Below are positions 1 through 7,500 of a stretch of 64,000 nt of DNA, one piece after another. The notes below the pieces were generated by a model. The model was not told the DNA's origin. It was given only the letters and a program-made list of their open reading frames with translations, and did not search any database. The translations under genes were made by a program, and so were the position numbers. The DNA comes from an uncultured Actinomycetes bacterium. Its GTDB lineage: Bacteria; Actinomycetota; Thermoleophilia; UBA2241. The stretch spans positions 64,001 through 128,000 of the forward strand of contig CAVRZA010000004.1 in NCBI GenBank assembly GCA_963725665.1, written 5' to 3'. The number at the start of each line of letters is the position of its first letter. The first letter of the stretch is position 1.

Positions 1-67
1 TCCTCATACTGTTCGGCTGCGCTGCCGCGCGCCGGGGCAGGTCCGCCGGCGTCGACAACACACGCAT

Positions 68-94
68 TTCGAGACTCCTGTTTCCGTACCTTCC
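68..94. repeat. Second-family att-like site, inverted partner of 585-609
   Basis: Reverse complement GGAAGGTACGGAAACAGGAGTCTCGAA aligns with GGAAGGCACCCAAACAGGA--CTCGAA at 585-609. Confidence 0.5.
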
Positions 95-181
95 GGCTTG
101 CGGCCGTTGATTATGCGGCACGACCCGGGACTTGCCGCAAGCCCCCACCTGCGCTGTATATTGAAAGTGGAAAGGAGGGGG

Positions 182-340
182 GTACCGTCCTTTCCCTCTT
201 CGCGGCACGAGAGGTTCTTCACCCTCTTCAGCAAGGCCGGCTCGATTGTCGTCGAGAGCGCCAGCATTCTCATCGAGTTCGTCGCAGCGCTGCACGGAGC
301 TCTCCAACCGCATGCACGACACCGAGCACGCCGACGACGC
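182..340 (+). pseudogene. N-terminal fragment of a DUF47 (PhoU-like phosphate transport regulator) gene
   Basis: Two frames give RHERFFTLFSKAGSIVVESASILIEFVAA and ELSNRMHDTEHADD, matching the DUF47 N-terminus; AGGAGG lies upstream but the start is degenerate; homology ends at an att-like site at 342. Confidence 0.65.
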
Positions 341-341
341 G

Positions 342-371
342 GGTTCGAGAGTTGTCCACAGAGTGCACCTG
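342..371 (+). repeat. Degenerate copy of the att-like repeat
   Basis: GGTTCGAGAGTTGTCC versus consensus AGTTCGAGAGCTGTCT; the minus strand reads GQLSNP; lies at the DUF47 breakpoint. Confidence 0.5.
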
Positions 372-427
372 AGGAGATCGGCGACCGTGCCGCCTGTGGC
401 TAATGCCGGGCCTCACGCCGAGAGATC

Positions 428-489
428 AGTATCCACCAGGCGCTGCAGTTCAATCCGAAAGTTCGAGAGCTGTCTGGTTAGATCCACCA
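428..489 (+). repeat. att-like direct repeat copy 1 (tRNA-Ala-like 3' end)
   Basis: AGTATCCACCAGGCGCTG...AAGTTCGAGAGCTGTCTGGTTAGATCCACCA; the core 459-489 differs from copy 2 at 1 of 31 nt. Confidence 0.85.
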
Positions 490-529
490 AGCATTAGCAC
501 GATAGTAGGGTCATTCAGACCTTGGTCTT

Positions 530-564
530 GAGCCTGTCACCCCTGTTGGGCGGCAGGCTCTTTT
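530..564 (+). terminator. Intrinsic terminator downstream of att-like copy 1
   Basis: GAGCCTGTCACCC/GGGCGGCAGGCTC stem followed by TTTT. Confidence 0.6.
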
Positions 565-568
565 CGTT

Positions 569-612
569 GAGTTCGAGCTGTCAGGGAAGGCACCCAAACA
601 GGACTCGAACTC
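569..612. repeat. Symmetric att-like site containing a tRNA 3'-half-like sequence on the minus strand
   Basis: GAGTTCGAG-N26-CTCGAACTC inverted repeat; the minus strand reads GTTCGAGTCCTGTTTGGGTGCC (T-loop, T-stem 3' strand, acceptor-like strand) with no 5' half. Confidence 0.55.
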
Positions 613-632
613 ACCGACTGACGCCGTCTTGT

Positions 633-839
633 CTACCTGACGGGTTCGGACTTCGGCGGTCGCCCTCTTCGTGGCAACTCGCCGACGTTCTGTGGCAGAC
701 GGCCTGCACGGAAGAGGGCGCTGCGCAAGAGGAGTTCGATGTGTGCGTTGGTGCTGCGTAGCTCATCGGACGCCCAGCGAGCCAAAGCATCGTGAACGGC
801 CGGGTCCACGCGGATGAGCAGACTCTTTCTCTCAGGCAT
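633..839 (-). CDS. Ribbon-helix-helix (Arc/HicB-like) DNA-binding protein
   Basis: MPERKSLLIRVDPAVHDALARWASDELRSTNAHIELLLRSAL...RRGRPP is typical of the actinobacterial RHH family. Confidence 0.85.
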   Translation of the reverse strand: MPERKSLLIRVDPAVHDALARWASDELRSTNAHIELLLRSALFRAGRLPQNVGELPRRGRPPKSEPVR

Positions 840-925
840 TGACTTGAGCCTCACAGGAGGTCAGGGCTGACTCGCTCAGATCGGCAACCTCGATTTGTTT
901 GTCTACAAGACGCAACTGTAATAAA

Positions 926-935
926 CTGATATCAG
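926..935. promoter_or_regulatory. Palindromic operator candidate CTGATATCAG
   Basis: Perfect palindrome in the AT-rich spacer between the divergent RHH and ABC genes. Confidence 0.5.
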
Positions 936-981
936 ATTATAGGCCCAAGACCGTGCCCAGTCTAGGGACCAAGGAAGAGCA

Positions 982-1977
982 GTGAACCAACGAGCGTCGG
1001 TGAAGAAATCAGCGAGAGCGAGCCAAGCAAAGGCCGGCGCAGAGGCCGTCCAGGCTCTTGTTGTTGAGCATCTTCGCAAGACGTACGAGGGGACGGTCGC
1101 GGTCGATGACGTCTCGTTTACAGTCGCCGAGGGCGAGATCTTCGGCATCATCGGTCCCAACGGCGCCGGCAAGACGACGACGGTCGAGTGCGCCATCGGT
1201 CTGCGGACGCCCGACTCCGGAACCATCCGCGTCATGGCATTCGATCCTCACGTCGACCGTGCCCAGGTGCACGCGATCGTGGGAGCGCAACTGCAGACGA
1301 GTGCACTCCAACCCAGGCTGAGGGTCGGTGAGATCCTCGATCTCTACCGCTCCTTCTACCGAGATCCAGCCGATGTGGGCGAGCTGCTCGATGCGCTCGG
1401 GCTTCGTGAGAAGCGGAGCGCCTACTACAAGTCGCTGTCCGGCGGGCAAAAGCAGCGGCTCTCACTGGCCCTGGCGCTGGTCGGCCAGCCCAAGATCGCG
1501 ATCCTTGACGAGATGACGACGGGCCTCGATCCACAAGCCCGGCGCGATACATGGGAGTTGATCGAGGGGGTTCGCGATCGGGGCGTCACTGTCGTCCTGG
1601 TCACGCACTACATGGACGAGGCGGAGCGGCTCTGCGACCGCGTGGCACTCATCGACCAAGGACGCGTCGTGGCCATCGACAGTCCGGCGGCGTTGGCCGA
1701 GCAGGCTGGCGGTGGCAAGCGTGTGCGCTTCGTGCCATCGCAGCCTTTTGACGACCGTCTGCTGACCGCTCTCCCTGAAGTGACGAGCCTCGAACGACAG
1801 GGCCGCCACGTGCTTGTGAATGGCACGGGCGATCTGGTCAACACCGTGATCCTCACGCTGGCGACCGCCGGGGTGACGGCGAATGAAGTCGAGGTAGAGT
1901 CCGGGACGCTGGAGGACGCCTTCGTCAAGCTCACGGGTCGCCACCTCCATGAGGGAGACGAGGTGGCGGCGGGATGA
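982..1977 (+). CDS. ABC transporter ATP-binding protein (ABC-2/drug exporter type)
   Basis: Walker A GPNGAGKT, signature LSGGQ, Walker B ILDE, H-loop THY. Confidence 0.95.
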   Translation: MNQRASVKKSARASQAKAGAEAVQALVVEHLRKTYEGTVAVDDVSFTVAEGEIFGIIGPNGAGKTTTVECAIGLRTPDSGTIRVMAFDPHVDRAQVHAIVGAQLQTSALQPRLRVGEILDLYRSFYRDPADVGELLDALGLREKRSAYYKSLSGGQKQRLSLALALVGQPKIAILDEMTTGLDPQARRDTWELIEGVRDRGVTVVLVTHYMDEAERLCDRVALIDQGRVVAIDSPAALAEQAGGGKRVRFVPSQPFDDRLLTALPEVTSLERQGRHVLVNGTGDLVNTVILTLATAGVTANEVEVESGTLEDAFVKLTGRHLHEGDEVAAG

Positions 1978-2753
1978 ATGCCTCCGGGGAAGGGCTTCCC
2001 GCCTCGCCGCCGCGGGCCGCGTTCGGAAGGCTCGTTGCTTGTGAAGCCAGGCTGGCGTGGAGGGAGCCGATCGGGCTGGTCTTCGGTCTTGCCATTCCCG
2101 TGGTGTTGCTCGTGATCTTCGGCGCCGTGCCGAGTTCCCACGAGCAGCAAGCACAACTCGGCGGCCTCACCGTCATCGCGGTCTACGTCCCGATTCTGAT
2201 TGCGTTCTGCATCGGGATGCTCGCGCTCTTCAGCCTCCCGCGTGCCTTGGTCACCTACCGCGAGTTGGGCATCCTGCGGCGTCTCTCGACGACGCCGCTG
2301 CCACCGAGCTGGGTGCTCGCCGCGCAGCTGGCCATCAACTTCGTGCTCGCCGTGTGGGCGCTTATCATCCTGGTTGTGGTGGGCGTCGCTGCCTTCGGGG
2401 CCGCTGCTCCTAAAAGTCCAGCAGGATTTGCCTTGGCCTTCCTGCTATCGGTCGCCGCGCTGTTTGCCATGGGCTTGTGGGTCGCGGCGGTGGCCCGCAG
2501 CGCCACTGCTGCGAACGCAATGGGAGCCGCACTGTTCTTCCCCCTGGTTTTTTTCGCCGGTCTGTGGTATCCGCAGGAGTTCATGCCGGCGGCTTTGCGC
2601 CACCTCGGTCAGCTGACGCCGCTCGGCGCGTCGGTGCAGGCCCTGCAGAGCGCAAGCCAGGGCAACTTTCCTCCGACCGGATCGCTGTTGGTCCTGGCCG
2701 CCTACGGCGTCGTTTTCGCTCTGCTGGCGGTGAGGTCGTTCCGGTGGGAGTGA
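1974..2753 (+). CDS. ABC-2 type permease
   Basis: About six hydrophobic segments, YRELGILRRLSTTP motif; ATGA overlap with the ATPase gene. Confidence 0.92.
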   Translation: MNASGEGLPASPPRAAFGRLVACEARLAWREPIGLVFGLAIPVVLLVIFGAVPSSHEQQAQLGGLTVIAVYVPILIAFCIGMLALFSLPRALVTYRELGILRRLSTTPLPPSWVLAAQLAINFVLAVWALIILVVVGVAAFGAAAPKSPAGFALAFLLSVAALFAMGLWVAAVARSATAANAMGAALFFPLVFFAGLWYPQEFMPAALRHLGQLTPLGASVQALQSASQGNFPPTGSLLVLAAYGVVFALLAVRSFRWE

Positions 2754-2755
2754 CA

Positions 2756-2881
2756 ATGGGGGGCAGATACCGCGTCGCCGCGGCATTCTGGATGCTCTCG
2801 GACACCCACAGGCTCTGGCTCCTGTTCTGGATGGGGACCGCCAACACCACCACGCTCGTGTGTGATCGGGCCGAAACATGA
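2756..2881 (+). CDS. Possible 41-aa peptide or gene remnant
   Basis: ATG two nt after the permease stop; MGGRYRVAAAFWMLSDTHRLWLLFWMG...; stop overlaps the next ATG (ATGA). Confidence 0.35.
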   Translation: MGGRYRVAAAFWMLSDTHRLWLLFWMGTANTTTLVCDRAET

Positions 2882-3096
2882 AACATCCCGCCGACAAACC
2901 GGGCCGCAAGCTGTTTCTGCTGCGCATCGATTGCGAGCTGTGGAATCAGGTCGAGACGCGTGCCGCGGATGATCTCCGGTCGATCAACGCGGAAGTGGAG
3001 TGGCTGCTGCGCGAGGCGCTTCGCGGCCATGATGACAGTGGCATGATGCCGAGTCGGCCCGAGCCCAGAGACGCAGAGGAGCACGAGACGCGCTGA
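2878..3096 (+). CDS. Second Arc-like ribbon-helix-helix protein
   Basis: RKLFLLRIDCELWNQVETRAADDLRSINAEVEWLLREAL, paralogous to 633-839. Confidence 0.8.
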   Translation: MKHPADKPGRKLFLLRIDCELWNQVETRAADDLRSINAEVEWLLREALRGHDDSGMMPSRPEPRDAEEHETR

Positions 3097-3231
3097 GGAC
3101 CGAGATGCAATTCAGTGTCGGCTTGTAGGCCGGAGGCGACGACGGGTGCCGCGATCCCCACATGTCAAACGAGCCTTCCCCCGAGTATCATTCGGCGCGC
3201 AATCCACTTGCTACAACGTCATTGGCCTAGT

Positions 3232-3300
3232 AGGCGCTGGACTTCGAGGCGTAAGTTCGAGAGCTGTCTGGTTAGGTCCACCAGCGTTGACAGTTCGCCA
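3232..3300 (+). repeat. att-like direct repeat copy 2
   Basis: AGGCGCTGGACTTCGAGGCGTAAGTTCGAGAGCTGTCTGGTTAGGTCCACCAGCGTTGACAGTTCGCCA; contains a CTGGT-N7-ACCAG dyad. Confidence 0.9.
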
Positions 3301-3554
3301 ACGTTTTCCCTGCAAATCTTAAGCTTCTGTTGTCCGGTCGCTCACCGTAGATCCGTATCCGGCTGCTCCCCCAAACCCGGGTCTCGGTTGAAGCACCCGT
3401 TCCTGGGCAATGAGACGGGGGGCCGGGAAGGACGACGGAGCTAGCCAGATTGCCGATGACCTATACGGTCCAGGGTCAGGCGTCAAATGGTTTAGCGTCG
3501 ATGATCCGGAGAACAACCATTGGATGATTGTGCAGGAAACAAGAAGGGACGGCC

Positions 3555-3926
3555 ATGAATCCTAGTGAAGAAATTGACAATTTGATCGCGCAGAATCAGG
3601 ACTGGCGCGGTGCCACGCTAGCGAAGCTCCGCAAGACCATCCTTGAGGTTGATCCCGAGATCATTGAGGAGTGGAAATGGATGGGGTCACCAGTCTGGTC
3701 ACTCAACGGGATTATCTGTGTTGGGAATATTTTCAAGAATAAGGTGCAGCTCGTCTTCATGGACGGTGCGGCACTCAGTGATCCTGACAAACTCTTCAAT
3801 GCCGGACTTGAAGGCAACAAAAGGCGAGCTATTGACGTCTATGAAGGGGATCACATAGAAGAAGGTTCGCTAAAGACTCTTGTTCGTGCTGCCATAAGCT
3901 ACAACCAGGCAAAAGGCAAGAAGTAG
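3555..3926 (+). CDS. DUF1801 (YdhG-like) domain protein
   Basis: DWRGATLAKLRKTILEVDPEIIEEWKWMGSPVWS...LSDPDKLFNAGLEGNKRRAID; visibly lower GC than its flanks. Confidence 0.9.
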   Translation: MNPSEEIDNLIAQNQDWRGATLAKLRKTILEVDPEIIEEWKWMGSPVWSLNGIICVGNIFKNKVQLVFMDGAALSDPDKLFNAGLEGNKRRAIDVYEGDHIEEGSLKTLVRAAISYNQAKGKK

Positions 3927-4181
3927 GTCTGTCGATGGGGAAGATGCGGGCGGACCTTCCGTGAACGGCGGCGCACGTATCCGTGCTCGTCATCTGAGCC
4001 TGCGTGCGTTGCCCGGGTAGTCGTAGGTAAGCCCGTCTCGGTCGAAGAGGATTTCGGCGCGAAAGTCGTCATCGAGCAGCCAATGGCTCGCGCGGGCGCC
4101 GGTAGCCGACTGACGGACTCTTCCCGCCGGTTTGGCCTCTCAATCATCGGAGTGAGGCTCCGACGCTTGTGCTACACTATT

Positions 4182-4260
4182 AGTATCAACCAGACTCTGA
4201 ACTTCAAGGCGTAAGTTCGAGAGCTGCCTGGTTAGGTCCACCACCGTTGTCAATTCGACA
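4182..4260 (+). repeat. att-like direct repeat copy 3
   Basis: AGTATCAACCAGACTCTGAACTTCAAGGCGTAAGTTCGAGAGCTGCCTGGTTAGGTCCACCACCGTTGTCAATTCGACA. Confidence 0.9.
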
Positions 4261-4268
4261 CGCCACGC

Positions 4269-4299
4269 AGCGACTCGTGGTTCTTGCGCACGAGTCGCT
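4269..4299. terminator. Hairpin downstream of att-like copy 3
   Basis: AGCGACTCGTG/CACGAGTCGCT 11-bp perfect stem, no U-tract. Confidence 0.4.
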
Positions 4300-4525
4300 C
4301 AAGCCGTACCTCAAGTAGCGGCGCTCGCTGGCGACTCCGGTGCCGGTGAGCCGCCCGATCGCGGCCTTGCGTGCGCTTCCACCACTTGTCCTCGCAGCCG
4401 AGAGGAGTAGGCTCAACCTGCGTGCGACACCCTCGCCATGGCTCCGCTGGCGGTCTGAGCGCGTGCGAGCCGGGGGCAGGACCACCGTGACCCGGGCGCC
4501 GGCCGGCCCGGCGAGGAGGCAGCGG

Positions 4526-7500
4526 ATGACGGCTGCGGTGAGACAGCCGAGCACGACTTTCAGGGTCTTCGTCAGCTCGACCTTCGAGGACTTCCGGGCC
4601 GAGCGGAACGCGCTCCAACGGTACGTCTTTCCGCGGCTGGCGGAGCTGTGCGCGACCCGGGACGCGCGGTTCCAGGCGATCGACCTGCGCTGGGGCGTCG
4701 GCGAGGAGGCAAGCCTCGACCAGCGCGCCATCCCCATCTGCCTTACCGAGATCGAGCGCTGCCAGCGGGTCACGCCGCGGCCCAACTTCATCGTGCTCAT
4801 GGGCGACCGCTACGGCTGGCGCCCGCTGCCCGCCCGCATCGACGCTGCGGAGTTCGAGCTGCTGCTCGCGACGATCCCGGAGGAGGATGCCGCGGTCCTG
4901 GCCTGGTCGCAAGGGCAGGCGGCGGGAGCCGAAGGCTGGTACCGCCGCGACGACAATGCGGTGCCTCCCGAGTACGTGCTACGGCCGCGCAGGTTAGTCG
5001 TGCCCGAGGGCGCGAGCGAGGAGGAACGTGAGGACGCCGCGGAGGCCGAGCGCCGGGAGTGGACGACGGTCGAGGCGCGGCTGCGGGCGATCCTTCTCCG
5101 CGCGGTGGATGCGCTCGGCTGGGCCGAGGCCGAGCCAGCGCGGCGTAAGTACGTGGCCTCGGCGACCGAGCAGGAGATCGTGCTCGGCGCCCTCGAGGCC
5201 GACGGCGCCGCCGAGCACGTCTTCGCTTTCTTCCGCACCATCGACGGCCTGCCCGCGGGCGAGTCCGCCAAGAGGTTCTGCGACCTGACGGCGTCGCCGA
5301 AGGGACTCGTCCCCGACGCGGACGCGCGGGCCAGGCTCACATCGCTCAGTGCGGAGTTGCGGGACGTGCTCGGCAGCCACGCGCTGGACTCCTACCGGGC
5401 GAGGTGGACGGGCGAAGGGATCACCACCGATCACCTGGGGACGCTGCCCGAGGATCTGAGCGACTGCTTGGGCCTGCTCGACGAGCCGGATGCGCCGCAT
5501 ACCCTCTGCGCCGATGTCTGGCGCAGCATCGCCGGCGTGATCAAGAGCGAGCTCGACCGGCCGGAGGCTGACGAGGCCATCGACCGGGAGATCGCGCGCC
5601 ACGCGAGGTTCGGCGAGGCGCGGTGTCGGGACTTCGTCGGCCGGGAGGAGGTCCGCACGGAGATCGCCGCCTACCTGGCGGGGACCGAGGCTCATCCGCT
5701 CGTGCTGGTGGGCGAGGGCGGCTCGGGCAAGTCGGCGCTCATGGCCAAAGCGGTGCAAGAGGCCGTGAGCGCACATCCGGGCGCCGTCGTCGCTGCGCGC
5801 TTCATCGGCGCCACACCCGCCGCCTCCGACGGGCGCTCGCTGCTCGACGCCGTCTGCCGCCAGCTGGCACGGGCCACCGGCGGCGACGAGGCGACGCTCC
5901 CGGCCGGGCTGTCGGACCTTTCGGTCGAGCTCGCCCGGCACCTCGCTCGCGCCACGGCGGAGCTGCCGGTCTTCGTGTTCCTCGACGCGCTGGACCAGCT
6001 CGGCGCCACCGACCCGGCTCGTGGCCTCGCTTGGCTGCCCGCGAGCCTGCCCGACCACGCCCGGCTGGTGGTCTCCACCGTGCCGGGCGCCTGCGAGACC
6101 GCTCTGCGGGCCAGGCGCCCGGAGCCGCGGTTCCTCAGCCTCGACAGGATGTCGCGCCGGGAAGGCGAGACGGTGCTTGAGATCTGGCTCGACAAGGAGG
6201 GCCGCACGCTGCAGGAAGGGCAGCGGGCGGCGGTGCTCGATGCGTTCGAGCCCGAAGGCCGCCCGCTCTATCTCAGGCTGGCCTTCGAGGAGGCGCGGCT
6301 GTGGCGCTCGTTCAGCGCGCCGGCCGAGACGAGGCTGCAACCCGGCATTCCCGGACTCATTCGAGGCAACCTGCTGGCCCGTCTGGAGGCGCCCGAGAAC
6401 CACGGCCGGCAGCTAGTGGCGCGTGCGCTCGCCGCCCTCGCCGCCTCGCGCCACGGCCTGGCGGAGGACGAGCTCGTGGCGCTGCTGTCGGCGGACGCCG
6501 ACGTGATCGCCGACTTCCGCCGCCGCTCGCCGCGCTCGCCCGCCGTCGGGCAACTGCCGGTGGTGGTGTGGTCGCGCCTCTACTTCGACCTTGAACCGTA
6601 CCTGTCCGAGCACGCCACCGACGGAGCCACGCTGCTGGCTTTCTACCACCGCGCCCTCGCCGAGGCGGCCCGGGAGGAGTACCTAGCGGATGAGCCCGAG
6701 CGGCGCGTCGTCAACTCGGGCCTCGCCCGCTACTTCCGCGGGGTGGCCGACCCGAACGGAGACGGCGACTGGCAGCCGCGCGCCCGGGCGCTGGCGGAGC
6801 TGCCGTTCCACCTGGCGGAGAGCGCGGCGGCCGGCGAGCGAGGCGCGGCGGAGGAGCTTGAGGCGCTCCTCACACAACTCGGGTACCTGGCCGCCCGGGT
6901 CGCCACCGGCAAGGCCTACGAGCTGGTCGCCGCATACGAGCTCACCGAGCCGCTGGGCCCGGCGCTCATCGAGTGGCGGGGCTTCCTGGAGAAGCACGCC
7001 CAGCGCCTGTACCAGCATCCGGCCATGCTCGTCGGGCTGGTGAACCACGAAGGCTTCGCCGCCGCCCGGGCGCAGGTGGACGACGTGCCGCACCCAGGCG
7101 TCTGGCTCCGCACGTCGCCGGAGTCCCTGCCGGGGCCCGAGCCCGGGCTCGGGCCCGAAGGCGGCGACGCGGAGGCGGTGGCCGCGGGCGGGATCGAGGT
7201 CGCCGCCAGCCTGTCCTTCTCCTCGCCGCGCGTGCTGGCGGTCGCGCCCGACCGGGAGGCGGGGTTCGTCCTCGATGGCCTCGGCATCCTGCGTGTGCTC
7301 GACTTGCGCGCCATGCGGGAGACGGAGACGACACTGCCGATCAGGCGCGAGCCGCTGCTCACGCTCGCCGCTGCGCCGGACGGCGGCGGCCTCATGGCGG
7401 TCTACGAGTCGGCGGTCGGCGAGCTCTACCGTTGCCACGAGGGCCCGGACGGCCTGCCGTCGAGCCTGGAGGCCGTGACCGCCGTCGAGTGTGGGCTGCC

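Noticed and set aside
420-489. Complete tRNA or tmRNA gene at the CCA-ending repeats
   Set aside because: No 5' acceptor strand, D arm or anticodon arm; TTCGA-to-CCA spacing is 5 nt too long
3232-3300. Classical integron attC sites
   Set aside because: No RYYYAAC...GTTRRRY-bounded long imperfect palindrome and no intI in the window
459-4243. Repeats as a CRISPR array
   Set aside because: Spacing is 1-3 kb with whole genes between copies, and there are no cas genes
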